Source of the DNA: an uncultured Methanolobus sp.
GTDB lineage: Archaea; Halobacteriota; Methanosarcinia; Methanosarcinales; Methanosarcinaceae
Assembly: GCA_963675495.1 (NCBI GenBank)
Contig: OY776215.1
Coordinates: 1,120,001-1,184,000 of the forward strand
Direction of reading: 5' to 3'
DNA: 64,000 bases
Position numbers and translations under genes: made by a program. A model generated the notes under the pieces. It did no database searches. It worked only from the letters and a program-made list of their open reading frames with translations, and was not told the origin of the DNA. Position 1 is the first letter of the stretch; every line of letters begins with the position of its first letter. This document shows positions 1 to 10,368 of the stretch, piece by piece.

Positions 1-40
1 TGATGTATTCATTCAATTGTGAAACTGTGTATATACCCAT
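1..40 (-). CDS. xseA: 5' end of probable exodeoxyribonuclease VII large subunit (runs off the window)
   Basis: Reverse complement reads ATG GGT ATA TAC ACA GTT TCA CAA TTG AAT GAA TAC ATC = MGIYTVSQLNEYI, matching the typical XseA N-terminus (Y-S/T-V-S-x-L-N-x-Y-I); GGAGA RBS just upstream. Only 13 codons visible. Confidence 0.5.
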   Translation of the reverse strand, partial: MGIYTVSQLNEYI

Positions 41-197
41 GTAGAATCTCCGGTCTCTAAAACAAATTATGCTCCGGGAATATAAAGTCCAGAGGAAAGT
101 TATGTGAAAGTATTATATTAACGCTTGTTGCTGGTTGACCGGAAAATGAATACAACTGCCTAAAAAATAAGAGTGTAAAAAATTAAATTGTTGGAAA

Positions 198-2795
198 ATG
201 ATTTCGAAAACTTTTAATAGATTATTCTATTTCTTAAAAAAACTTAGTTGGTGGGATAAAAACGTGATATTTGAAAAAATAAAAACAGACCTCATATTGA
301 AAAACGATACTGATCATATTACACAATACCAACAAATGCAACTGGTACTTTCTGAACGAATACCTGTTAATGATCTGCCGGATGATAACAAAAAGGTCAA
401 CAAAATCTTAAGCAAATTCCGGTCAGGCGTCTCCTTACTCGCAGGGAAAAAGGAAAATGACGGTAACGGCTGCCCCTACAGGTCAAAAGTTTCAAAAAAC
501 AGCAAAACCATAACAATTGACTGCAATGAATGCGACCATGGATCCACATTTGAAGACGAACAATGCAGAAAGAACATATTCAATATCCTCCGGAAAGAAC
601 CTGTCGCAGGAAGACTCACTCTTTCAAAACTCTATGAAAGGGACTATGAAGGAAAGTCCCTTGCAACAATATACCTTATGTCAGGCTTGAAAGACAAGCT
701 GATATCTTATAAAAATTCAAAATTCGTACCTGAAACATGTGAGAGTAATGCGCAGTGCCGAAAAGAGCACGCAAGCATAATGAACATGATACTTGAATCA
801 TCAGGAACTGATCCGCTTAAAACCTGTTACATAATTGATAAGCTAATTGAATACAACAAAGCAAAAGACCCGTTGTCCAATATACGGGACGAATGCGTGT
901 TATGCAGGAGGAATTTCATAGAGATCCTCTGTGAAATGAACTCCGTTTCAAAAAGAATAACAAGGGGAATTGGCTCTGACAACTGCAGAGAATGCACAGG
1001 AGAATTCGGTGCACAATACAGAGTTGAGTATGAAAAACACCTAAGGTCCTACGTAAGGCCTCCTTTTTCCACATCCAGGATCTACACAGAACCACCGGAC
1101 AATACAATATTCCAGGAATGTTACGACATCAGTTATCAGGATGAGAGACAACTGCCTGTGAACATATACCAGCTAGCGGACCGTCCTGAGAAAATGTACA
1201 TCATCAACCCAATGGAATACTCCCTTGAAGAAAAGGAACTCAAACTGATAGAGAGAGTAAGGAAGAAGATGATAATGCACAGGCCTGTGGACTTGCAGTT
1301 TGCCGACCCGGCTAGCTCAAGGGAATACTTCCGCAGGCTCAGCAAACAGCTCTTGCTCGAAGAGAAGGATGTTGACGATATAATCTGCAACCCTGCAAAG
1401 ATGAATATCTGCAGTGACCTGCTTACGAAATATACTACCGGACTCGGGATACTTGAAGACCTGCTTTCAGATGAACGTGTCACTGATGTCTATGTAAATG
1501 CACCGGCAGACCGAAATCCGGTTCATGTGGTTCTGGACGGCGAGGAATGTGTAACTAACATCTATCTCTCCCAGGAAGATATGGAATCCATGGTCTCAAG
1601 ACTTCGTTCCATTAGCGGACGTCCTTTTGGAGAAGCAACTCCTGTACTTGAGATGTTCCTCAGGGACTATGGAGTACGTGTTTCGGTCATTGGTGACCCA
1701 CTTAGTGCAAAAGGGATCGCTTATGCATTCAGGAAACATGCAAAAGACCCATGGACACTCCCAAAACTCATCAATAACGGTTCCATCTCAGCACTTACCG
1801 CAGGCCTTCTCAGTTTTATCATGGACGGACAGGCTTCTGTCCTTGTTGCAGGGGGTGTCGGAGCCGGAAAGACCTCACTCATGTGTGCCTTGCTAATGGA
1901 AATGCCACAAAAATACCGCATGATAACCATTGAAGATACCCCTGAGATACCTGTTGAACAGTTTCAGGAAATGGGCTGGAAAGTCCAGGGGCTTAACTCG
2001 CAATCTGCCATAATGAAGTACGGCGTTGAGATAGAGCCAACTGTAGCACTACGGGCATCCCTGAGACTTGGTAGCTCATCCCTCATTATGGGAGAAGTAA
2101 GGGGACCAGAGGTAGCCGCCCTGTATGAAGCCATGCAGGTAGGTGCCACCGGGAACTCAGTAATAGGAACCATACACGGCTCATCCACAGATGCAGTCTA
2201 CGAAAGAATAGTAAATACACTTGGAGTTCCACCTGCATCCTTCAAGGCAACTGATGCCGTCATTGTCTGCGCCAATACCAGAATAGCAGGAAGTATGACA
2301 ATGAAACGACGGGTCATGCAGGTTGCTGAGGTCAACGAGAAATGGGAAGATAATCCAGGCAAGGTTTTCTCGGATATACTTACCTACAGTGCTTTAGATG
2401 ACCATCTCAAACCATCTGACATAATGGACAGGGGGCAATCCGCACTTATCGGCAAGATTGCAGACAAATGGGGTATTTCCATGGATGAGGCTTCCCTCAA
2501 CATACGCATGCGAGCCCAAATAAAATCCAGGATTGCAGAGTACGGCAAAGAAGACCACCGTCTGCTTGAAGCAAGGAACGTGGCCATTGCAAACAACATG
2601 TTCTGGTTGCTGATGGATAGGGAGATCACAGAACCTGACGGCACTGATTATCAAAGAGTCTATGAGCGCTGGCTGGACTGGTTCAATGATTTTGCCGGGA
2701 AAACTGAAGAACACGCTGCAATCACAGGTGAAGGACAGCAAACTGTAGGGCAAATTGAACACTATATCTGCGCAGGTGATCAGGCTGTACAATGA
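198..2795 (+). CDS. Type II/IV secretion / type IV pilus assembly ATPase (TadA/FlaI-like) with long Cys-rich N-terminal extension; true start may be downstream
   Basis: Walker A GGVGAGKT, Asp box ITIEDTPE, Walker B LIMGEVRG, His box GTIH; upstream GLGILEDLLSDERVTDVYVN typical of the family. Confidence 0.9.
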   Translation: MISKTFNRLFYFLKKLSWWDKNVIFEKIKTDLILKNDTDHITQYQQMQLVLSERIPVNDLPDDNKKVNKILSKFRSGVSLLAGKKENDGNGCPYRSKVSKNSKTITIDCNECDHGSTFEDEQCRKNIFNILRKEPVAGRLTLSKLYERDYEGKSLATIYLMSGLKDKLISYKNSKFVPETCESNAQCRKEHASIMNMILESSGTDPLKTCYIIDKLIEYNKAKDPLSNIRDECVLCRRNFIEILCEMNSVSKRITRGIGSDNCRECTGEFGAQYRVEYEKHLRSYVRPPFSTSRIYTEPPDNTIFQECYDISYQDERQLPVNIYQLADRPEKMYIINPMEYSLEEKELKLIERVRKKMIMHRPVDLQFADPASSREYFRRLSKQLLLEEKDVDDIICNPAKMNICSDLLTKYTTGLGILEDLLSDERVTDVYVNAPADRNPVHVVLDGEECVTNIYLSQEDMESMVSRLRSISGRPFGEATPVLEMFLRDYGVRVSVIGDPLSAKGIAYAFRKHAKDPWTLPKLINNGSISALTAGLLSFIMDGQASVLVAGGVGAGKTSLMCALLMEMPQKYRMITIEDTPEIPVEQFQEMGWKVQGLNSQSAIMKYGVEIEPTVALRASLRLGSSSLIMGEVRGPEVAALYEAMQVGATGNSVIGTIHGSSTDAVYERIVNTLGVPPASFKATDAVIVCANTRIAGSMTMKRRVMQVAEVNEKWEDNPGKVFSDILTYSALDDHLKPSDIMDRGQSALIGKIADKWGISMDEASLNIRMRAQIKSRIAEYGKEDHRLLEARNVAIANNMFWLLMDREITEPDGTDYQRVYERWLDWFNDFAGKTEEHAAITGEGQQTVGQIEHYICAGDQAVQ

Positions 2796-4722
2796 AAACT
2801 GGTATTACCATAGCTGCAAGTTCACTTCTGCAAACTTCAGATGGCTTGTAAAGGATTTCGATGTTTTTCGCCAGAGGTCAGATAATGCTACCAGTGAGAG
2901 CTACCGCAATGCCATGGTATACACAGGATTGGGACTCGAAGCTCATGAGACCGTGCTTCTTTCCTATGTGACTGCTGCTTTTGCATTGATAGGAATACTT
3001 ATTTTTGACTTTTTCCTTTTCAGGGTCACTAACTTTGAAACATCTACCCTTATGGCCGTTGTTTTGCTGAGCCTGCTATTTCCACTGGCAGTGCTACTCT
3101 ACATGAGCGAGTACATCAAGATACATGCAAAATGGATGAAAGTAAGCTCGCTTGGCGATATGCCTGAGATAATCAGCTACATTGTGATGTCAATGAAACT
3201 GGTGCCAAATATGGAGGTAGCCATTCGTTTTGCAGCCAGCAACTCCAGCAGGCCTCTTGCAAAGGACCTGAAAAAGATGATATGGAACCTGCATGTGAGA
3301 GAATACAGAGGAATTGATGATGCTATACTGGAATTTTCCAATCTCTGGGGAAAGGACAGCGAGTATTTCAAAAGGGCATTGCATCTCATCAAAAGTTCCA
3401 CAAGTGAGCCAGATGAGGCACAGAGAGTTATCACACTTAACCGGTCACTTGATCTGGTGCTTGAAAGTACACGTAACCTAATGGATAGTTTTGCTTCTAA
3501 ACTGAAGACACCTACATACGTGCTTTACTCCATATTCATCCTGATACCACTTGCGCTTGTAGCCCTGATGCCTGCGATAACCGTGGTGGGCATACGCTTT
3601 GGAATTGGAACTCTGGTTATTGTATATGATGTGGTCCTACCCTTGCTAACCTTCGCATATGCAGAATACATACTGATGCAACGACCTGCTGCATTCATTC
3701 CGCAGGACATACCTAAAAGCCACCCGGAACTCGTTGATATAAAAAATAGAAAAAGATACGCTCTTCTGCTTTCCTCAACGATAGGTATTGTAATATCTTT
3801 ACTTGGATACATTTTGATCTACAGGGGAAATCCCTGGAACATAGTATCAACAGCAACCCTGGATGGAATTATTCCACCCACGCTTTTCATAATCTGGGGT
3901 ATTGTGTTTGCGGTTTCCGTTTACCTGAATATTAGCTATGCACCCTACAAAAAGATACGAGATGAAATACGCAGAATGGAAAATGAGTTCTCAGATGCCC
4001 TGTTTGTCCTTGGCAGGAGGATATCAGAAGGCAGGTCTGCCGAAGAAGCATTTATTCACACAGCAGCTACAATGCGTGGTTCAGACATAGCAACTGCCTT
4101 TGAAAGGATATCGTTGAACCTGATGAACATGCGAACAGATATCCATTCCGCAATATTCGACGAGGATTTTGGAGCATTCAAGGACATCTATTCAGAGAGG
4201 ATCAAGACCACAATGATGCTGTTCATTGAAAGTGCCCACAAGAGTCATGTGGTAGCAGGTGTTGCTATTGTCAAGCTTGCAGACCACCTCAAGGAACTTC
4301 AGGATGTGGAACTGAACATAAAACAGTCACTCTATGATATGACCTCAACCATGCGTACGACTGCTGCGGTCTTTGCACCCCTTATAGCAGGAGTTACCAT
4401 TGCCCTTTCCGAAGTGATAGCAAAGATCCTCCAGAACATATCAGACAGCATAAACCGTCTGCCTGAAAATGCATTCCCAGGTCCTGCTCAAATATCCCCT
4501 GAGAACCTGAACCAGTCCATACCTTCTGATCTTTTCATGTTCGCCATTGGAATATATATCATATTCATAACGGTCATACTAATTCGTTTTTCAGGCACTA
4601 TTGAGTATGGAGGAGATAAGGCACAACTGCGATACGAGATAGGGCAGATCCTGCCAGTTACCATAATAGTCTTCACCGTTTCAACCATATTTTCAAGGGT
4701 TATTTTTGGAGGAATGATATGA
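2755..4722 (+). CDS. Type IV pilus / T2SS-F family membrane platform protein (TadB/TadC fusion-like); start possibly GTG at 2776
   Basis: Multiple TM segments separated by two soluble helical domains (DMPEIISYIVMSMK..., EFSDALFVLGRRISEGRSAEEAF); overlaps the ATPase gene. Confidence 0.8.
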   Translation: MNTISAQVIRLYNENWYYHSCKFTSANFRWLVKDFDVFRQRSDNATSESYRNAMVYTGLGLEAHETVLLSYVTAAFALIGILIFDFFLFRVTNFETSTLMAVVLLSLLFPLAVLLYMSEYIKIHAKWMKVSSLGDMPEIISYIVMSMKLVPNMEVAIRFAASNSSRPLAKDLKKMIWNLHVREYRGIDDAILEFSNLWGKDSEYFKRALHLIKSSTSEPDEAQRVITLNRSLDLVLESTRNLMDSFASKLKTPTYVLYSIFILIPLALVALMPAITVVGIRFGIGTLVIVYDVVLPLLTFAYAEYILMQRPAAFIPQDIPKSHPELVDIKNRKRYALLLSSTIGIVISLLGYILIYRGNPWNIVSTATLDGIIPPTLFIIWGIVFAVSVYLNISYAPYKKIRDEIRRMENEFSDALFVLGRRISEGRSAEEAFIHTAATMRGSDIATAFERISLNLMNMRTDIHSAIFDEDFGAFKDIYSERIKTTMMLFIESAHKSHVVAGVAIVKLADHLKELQDVELNIKQSLYDMTSTMRTTAAVFAPLIAGVTIALSEVIAKILQNISDSINRLPENAFPGPAQISPENLNQSIPSDLFMFAIGIYIIFITVILIRFSGTIEYGGDKAQLRYEIGQILPVTIIVFTVSTIFSRVIFGGMI

Positions 4723-4780
4723 GGAGTAACTGCCGCAAGATTAAAGGTTCCATAATGCCTTTTTTATAGAGGTGTATCCT

Positions 4781-5344
4781 ATGAAAAAATCAATTGGAGC
4801 AAAATCCTTAGCCTACCCAACACCTGCATGGGTCGTTGGAAGCTATGACATGTTTGGAAATGCAAATGCAATGACTGCGGCCTGGGGAGGAATCTGCTGC
4901 TCAGAACCACCGTGCATTAGCGTATCCATGCGCAAGGCCACTTACACTTATGCCAATATAATGGAAAAAGAAGCTTTCACCGTAAACATTCCTTCTGAGA
5001 AATACGTGAAGGAAACAGATTACTTTGGCATGGCAAGCGGAAAAGATGTGGACAAGTTCGAAAAGATGGGACTTACAGCTGTAAAGAGCGAGCTCGTGTA
5101 TGCACCCTACGTAGAAGAATTCCCCATTGTCCTTGAATGTAAACTGGTGCAGAGCTTTGAGCTGGGACTTCACACACAATTCATAGGGGAGATCGTGGAC
5201 ATAAAAGCAGATGATTCAGTATTGGATGAAAAAGGAAATCCTGAAATCCAAAAAATAAAACCGATAATCTACTCACCTGAAAGGAATTACTACGGTATTG
5301 GCAAGTTACTCGGCAAGGCATTTTCCATCGGAATGGAAGAATAA
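4781..5344 (+). CDS. Flavin reductase family protein (flavoredoxin)
   Basis: [12 protein letters not shown]...[23 protein letters not shown] motifs; ATG at 4781 after GAGGTG RBS. Confidence 0.88.
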   Translation: MKKSIGAKSLAYPTPAWVVGSYDMFGNANAMTAAWGGICCSEPPCISVSMRKATYTYANIMEKEAFTVNIPSEKYVKETDYFGMASGKDVDKFEKMGLTAVKSELVYAPYVEEFPIVLECKLVQSFELGLHTQFIGEIVDIKADDSVLDEKGNPEIQKIKPIIYSPERNYYGIGKLLGKAFSIGMEE

Positions 5345-5369
5345 TTGCGAAACTATGGAATGGCACGTT

Positions 5370-5555
5370 TCATTCCATATATACCAATGCCTTGTTCGGA
5401 CATATTTTTACGCATTTCATACAGAGGTCACACTTATCGTGATCCACGTTGGTAAAACCATTGATCCTGTAAAGTGCTCCATTGGGACAAATGTTCTCAC
5501 ACCTCCCACATTTCCTGCATCCAATGGATACAATAAAGCCTTCACGCTCTTCCAT
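5370..5555 (-). CDS. 2x[4Fe-4S] ferredoxin
   Basis: CRKCGRCENICP and CDLCMKCVKICP motifs in 61 aa. Confidence 0.88.
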   Translation of the reverse strand: MEEREGFIVSIGCRKCGRCENICPNGALYRINGFTNVDHDKCDLCMKCVKICPNKALVYME

Positions 5556-5646
5556 CAGAATTAATTATTGCTTGGATTCTAAATAAGAGTTAGGATATGA
5601 GGGTATAAAAATAACCTTATATACCTGCAGGTTATAGGAAGCCTGA

Positions 5647-6702
5647 ATGAGTAAACTTATCCCGGGAGAATCAGGTTCATTCTCTTCTTTTCTATCAGAT
5701 GGATGCAAGCTCTGCCAGCAAGGAGCAAAGATGGTCCTTTTTGTAACAGGAGTATGCCCGAAAGATTGTTTTTATTGCCCTGTATCGGACGAGAGGCGTA
5801 CTGACGATACTTATGCCAATGAAAGGAAGGTCCATTCTGACCAGGATGTCCTTGAAGAAGCGAGACAGATGGATGCACTCGGGACAGGGATTACCGGAGG
5901 GGAGCCTCTTTTAAAAATGGACAGAGTTATCCATTATATTGAACTCCTGAAAAAAGAGTTCGGCTCTAAACATCATATACACATGTATACATCCATTGCC
6001 CCTGACAGGGAAATGCTAAATGAGCTATCTCAGGCAGGCCTGGATGAGATAAGGTTCCATCCCCCTGTGGAGCTGTGGGGCAAGATGGATGACACCAGCT
6101 ACGCCGATTCAATAAACTTTGCAAAAGAACTGGGAATGGAAGCAGGAATAGAGATACCCTCTATTGAAGGTGCTGACAAATTATCACTTTTTACAGAGAG
6201 GGTCGGATGCTTCCTTAATCTAAATGAACTGGAGTTCTCCGACACAAATACTGATGCAATGAAAGCAAAAGGTTATACGCTCAGAGATGATGTATCAAAT
6301 GCAGTTATTGGTTCTGAGGAATATGCAACTGAAGTCGCCCAAAATTGTGAAATGATACATTTCTGTTCATCAAGTTACAAAGATGCGGTTCAGCTTCGAA
6401 AAAGGCTTATACGCATTGCCGAGAACACCGCAAGGCCCTTTGATGAGATAAGTGAGGATGGCACTATATATTATGGGCATATTGAATGTGTTACAAGTGA
6501 TGAACTTAAAATTGTAAATAATGAACTATTGCAGATGGAAGTACCTCATGAAATGATGGAAACCGCTGCAGATGGAATTGATATTGCCTGGTGGATACTG
6601 GAAGATGTTGCAGAATCGATCAGGACCCCGATAAGAAAATTGTACATTCTTGAAAGATATCCTCTTAAAGATGGACTAATTGTTGAGAAGATACCCTTGT
6701 AA
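5647..6702 (+). CDS. Archaeal radical SAM protein
   Basis: CPKDCFYC (CxxxCxxC), ITGGEPL, GLDEIRFHP; N-terminal GCKLC. Confidence 0.88.
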   Translation: MSKLIPGESGSFSSFLSDGCKLCQQGAKMVLFVTGVCPKDCFYCPVSDERRTDDTYANERKVHSDQDVLEEARQMDALGTGITGGEPLLKMDRVIHYIELLKKEFGSKHHIHMYTSIAPDREMLNELSQAGLDEIRFHPPVELWGKMDDTSYADSINFAKELGMEAGIEIPSIEGADKLSLFTERVGCFLNLNELEFSDTNTDAMKAKGYTLRDDVSNAVIGSEEYATEVAQNCEMIHFCSSSYKDAVQLRKRLIRIAENTARPFDEISEDGTIYYGHIECVTSDELKIVNNELLQMEVPHEMMETAADGIDIAWWILEDVAESIRTPIRKLYILERYPLKDGLIVEKIPL

Positions 6703-6808
6703 AAGCTAAAATATATAAGGGAGAATGATATAGATGGTACAATTCCCATATCCAATAAGGATTTTAAGGCTATTTCAAATAAATAGTTTTATAAGATAAA
6801 ATAACATA

Positions 6809-7132
6809 TTGAAGAAAGAGGTGTTTGTACTGGAAACGATTGAAGAGCGAGTAAGAGAAAGGCTAATAAAATATCTTAGTCGCGATGATACTGGTATACG
6901 AAAAGTAGTACTGAAATTGTTCCTTAATGGTGGTAAGTTCACTACAGGTGACGTGTACGAGCATCTTCATAATACGGATTTTGATGTGAGTTACAGAGGC
7001 GTATCCGCTATGGTTGGTCTCATGAATACAAGACTGGGAATCCTGAGTATCGATGTTACCGGAGACCACAATATATACCTGCTAAAGGAAGATTACAGGG
7101 ATATTGTACGAACCGTCCTCGATAATTACTAA
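6809..7132 (+). CDS. Small winged-helix-like methanogen protein (DUF2551-like); start uncertain
   Basis: RLIKYLSRDDTGIRK...VSAMVGLMNTRLGIL resembles DUF2551 proteins found upstream of uppS in methanogens (recall). Confidence 0.65.
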   Translation: MKKEVFVLETIEERVRERLIKYLSRDDTGIRKVVLKLFLNGGKFTTGDVYEHLHNTDFDVSYRGVSAMVGLMNTRLGILSIDVTGDHNIYLLKEDYRDIVRTVLDNY

Positions 7133-7206
7133 CATAAACTCTCTACTTTTCCATTTTGAAAGATTTCAAGCTAAAAACGTAATTAAATCTCAGTTAAAAC
7201 ACGGGA

Positions 7207-8088
7207 GTGTCACTCATACTAAGAAGTATACCCCGAATAGTATACAAAGGATATGAACGCCTGCTTACGCAGGAAGTTCAAAATGAAGATGTCCCACGAC
7301 ACGTAGCCATTATTATGGACGGGAACCGTAGGTATGCGCGTAAGCTCGGCCAGATCAGTTCTTTCGGACACAGCCGGGGAGCAGAGGTTACTGAAAATGT
7401 AATGGAATGGGCCTGTGAAATAGGAGTGGAACACCTGACCATCTACGCTTTTTCAACTGAGAATTTTAACAGGTCTGACGATGAGAAGGATAAACTCTTT
7501 GACCTTATCAGGATCAAATTCGATGAGATAGTCGTCGACGAAAGAACGCATGAAAGAAAGATGAGAGTTTATGCCATTGGAGATATCGAGAAATTACCTG
7601 AGTCGCTCCGCGATTCCATCAAGAATGTTGAACTTGTAACATCAGTATATGATAAATTCAATCTCAATGTTGCAATAGCATACGGCGGCAGACAGGAAAT
7701 TGTTCAGGCAGTACAGGAAATCGCTACTAAGGTCCAGACCGGTGAACTGGAACCTGAAGATATTAATGAAGACACAATATCTAACCATCTTTATCCATCA
7801 AGCGGCTCAGCACTGCCTGATGTGGACCTGGTCATACGCACAGGCGGGGATGAACGAGTATCCAATTTCCTCCCATGGCAGGCTAATGGAAGCGAATGTG
7901 CAGCATACTTCTGCGCACCATTCTGGCCGGAGTTCCGTAAGATAGATTTCCTTCGCTCCATACGCGTCTATCAGGCTCGTGTGAGAGAGAGACACCAGCA
8001 TACAACTACCCGTGCCGCACACTTTTTAAAAGCCCTTGGAAAGGCTGAAATTGAAGAAGTAAGGCATCATTCTAAAGTCAAGAACTAA
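7207..8088 (+). CDS. uppS: cis-prenyltransferase (undecaprenyl-diphosphate synthase)
   Basis: PRHVAIIMDGNRR, YAFSTENF, IAYGGRQEI, DLVIRTGGDERVSNFLPWQ. Confidence 0.95.
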   Translation: MSLILRSIPRIVYKGYERLLTQEVQNEDVPRHVAIIMDGNRRYARKLGQISSFGHSRGAEVTENVMEWACEIGVEHLTIYAFSTENFNRSDDEKDKLFDLIRIKFDEIVVDERTHERKMRVYAIGDIEKLPESLRDSIKNVELVTSVYDKFNLNVAIAYGGRQEIVQAVQEIATKVQTGELEPEDINEDTISNHLYPSSGSALPDVDLVIRTGGDERVSNFLPWQANGSECAAYFCAPFWPEFRKIDFLRSIRVYQARVRERHQHTTTRAAHFLKALGKAEIEEVRHHSKVKN

Positions 8089-8276
8089 AGTGTCTTTTGC
8101 CTGTTCTTTCTTATAAGTATGCTGTCTGATCGGAATAAGGTGTTGATCGAAACCGGGAGCTGTACCCCCGGGTTAAAATGTTCAGGAGCTAAAAGATTAC
8201 TGAAGATGTTCAGGATTGAATGAATAAGAAGATTGCTCACAAGAAGCAATCTGTTATGCGGAATATAACTTTCAAT

Positions 8277-9140
8277 TCAGAACAGTTCGTCCACACATTC
8301 CTTGAAATCACGATAAGTGCGGGTATCTGTGATATTCTGGGGACCTGTAGCAAATGCTTCCAGCATTGAGCGATAGTACCATTGCTGTTCTTCCCTAGGT
8401 GCATTGAACTTGTCCCAGAACCCTTCTCCTTCAATCCTTATATCACTGATAAGGTCTCTGATATTGGCAAGTTTGTCTGCACATGAGAGGAGTTTTATCT
8501 CGCTGTTTGCCCTACCCATCTTTCTGATGGTGTATTCCTTTCGTTCTTTCCAGTTTTGTGTCTTATCGCCAGTCACAGGCTGTCTTAACTCTTCAGGTTC
8601 GGTGACAGCGTCCACGTAATCAGCAACTGACTGGCCATATTTACTTAATATTGTTGCAATATCAACGTCAGTATCTTCAACGATATCATGTAGCAATCCT
8701 GCTATAACAAGTTCGTACGATGCATTTTCTTTGAGAAGGATGGATGCTACATCCATTGGATGTGATATATATGGAGTACCTGACTTCCTTATACCGCTCT
8801 TGTGTTCATTAATGGTGAACGCAAATACATCAGCAAGTTCCGGCAGGCCTTTTCCCTTTTCTTTATCGAATTTTTCCTGGAGATCATCTAACTGAATCCT
8901 GTAGTTTGACAGCCTCACATGTTCGTAAACAGTTAATTCGCCATCTATTTCAGTCATTATCATTCTGTAAGGATCACTTAGCCAGATTCTCCGGGAAGGT
9001 TCCTCGGACAGGAAATCCAGATAGCTGAATAGTTCGGGTGTTTCTATAGGTTCGGAAACACTGAGCGTATGAATGGTAACTCCATTTCCTTTTTTTTCAG
9101 TGCTGGTGGAATGCTGGCTGATAAGCTCTCGTATTTTCAT
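8277..9140 (-). CDS. HD-domain protein of RelA/SpoT hydrolase (MESH1/small alarmone hydrolase) type with an extra N-terminal domain
   Basis: H..G.RKSGTPYISHP, AGLLHDIVEDT, ADKLANIRD motifs. Confidence 0.85.
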   Translation of the reverse strand: MKIRELISQHSTSTEKKGNGVTIHTLSVSEPIETPELFSYLDFLSEEPSRRIWLSDPYRMIMTEIDGELTVYEHVRLSNYRIQLDDLQEKFDKEKGKGLPELADVFAFTINEHKSGIRKSGTPYISHPMDVASILLKENASYELVIAGLLHDIVEDTDVDIATILSKYGQSVADYVDAVTEPEELRQPVTGDKTQNWKERKEYTIRKMGRANSEIKLLSCADKLANIRDLISDIRIEGEGFWDKFNAPREEQQWYYRSMLEAFATGPQNITDTRTYRDFKECVDELF

Positions 9141-9231
9141 GATGATAACTCCGTAATTAATGTGGAAATCTTAAATATTAACTTTACAGGTCTTTGCCTA
9201 TATGCTTTGCAGTTATTAGTATATCGCCTTA

Positions 9232-10101
9232 TCAAGAATGTTCAGAAAAGTAAACACCTGCAACTACAAAAACTGCCCCTGTTATTACATAGATATTTGG
9301 TAAATTACCAATTATTGCGCTATCTCCTATAATCGCTACAAATGGAATCAGGTAGAGAGCAGTAGTCGAGGTAGATGATCCTGCAAGATGTATAGCTTTG
9401 TTCCAGTAGAAAAATCCTAATGCTGAACAGAACGCACCAAGATAAATGAGAGCAGCGAGAATTATCAGAAAGTCATTTTGAGTGAATGAACCTATCTTTA
9501 GGGTCTGTGCTTCATAGAATACAAATGGAAGGAGAAAGACCATACCTGCTAATGTGAGATCCCGGGAAACAATAAGTAAGTTCCTTGAACTCATACGCTC
9601 TATGATCAAGGTATAAAATATCCATGAAAAGACCGATCCAAACATAAGGAAATCCCCCAGAGGATTCAGGTTAAGATTGTATTTTCCATTCAGTATAAGC
9701 AGACCTACTCCAAAAAGAGCAATAAATGCACCAAAATATTTTTTCGGATTTGAGAGCTTCTTTCTGAGTACATCAACTGTCATAATAAAGAAAACAGGTA
9801 TTGTAGACCCGATCAGCGATGAATTGGTAGCTGTTGTGAATGTAAGTGCCACATTTTCAAACATGTAGTAACAGGTGATACCAAGAAAACCTGCAAGTAC
9901 GACATACCAAACCTCATTTTGGGCATAATTTTCCCGTTCCCTGGAAATAGCTAACAGGAGAATGGCCGCAATCAGGAAACGAGCAAATGCAATGATTGCA
10001 GGATCGAGGTAATCAAGCAACACTTTTGTGGCAACGAAGGAAAAACCCCACATTACAGCAACTATCAGTAAGTAAAGTATTCCTTTTTTTCGATCATCCA
10101 T
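9232..10101 (-). CDS. DMT/EamA family transporter
   Basis: 10 TM; WGFSFVATK, AFARF, ALTFTTATNSSLI, two EamA repeats. Confidence 0.9.
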   Translation of the reverse strand: MDDRKKGILYLLIVAVMWGFSFVATKVLLDYLDPAIIAFARFLIAAILLLAISRERENYAQNEVWYVVLAGFLGITCYYMFENVALTFTTATNSSLIGSTIPVFFIMTVDVLRKKLSNPKKYFGAFIALFGVGLLILNGKYNLNLNPLGDFLMFGSVFSWIFYTLIIERMSSRNLLIVSRDLTLAGMVFLLPFVFYEAQTLKIGSFTQNDFLIILAALIYLGAFCSALGFFYWNKAIHLAGSSTSTTALYLIPFVAIIGDSAIIGNLPNIYVITGAVFVVAGVYFSEHS

Positions 10102-10368
10102 TTTTCTTCATCTTCATGAATAGTAATATTAGAATTGCATTTGAGATGTTTGCACCTATATAGTTGTTTTGTAATATGCATCCATACAACTTCCAGCAAA
10201 TTTGAATGATGTAAGAGATGGAACGAAGGAAGAAAAGAAAGGAATTCAGAAACATTTGATACAGAGGAAGGATTTTGACATTAAAGGATCACAGAGAAAA
10301 TGTCTTAATGACATTCCCTCAATATTCCAGTGATTTCTATTATTAGTATCTATTTCTCTATATTTTAT

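Noticed and set aside
8247-8270. CAATCTGTTATGCG followed by GAATATAAC at the left edge of the island as possible left TSD + TIR
   Set aside because: Only the ATGCG end and a few TIR bases match the right end; too weak to call, though the position is suggestive.
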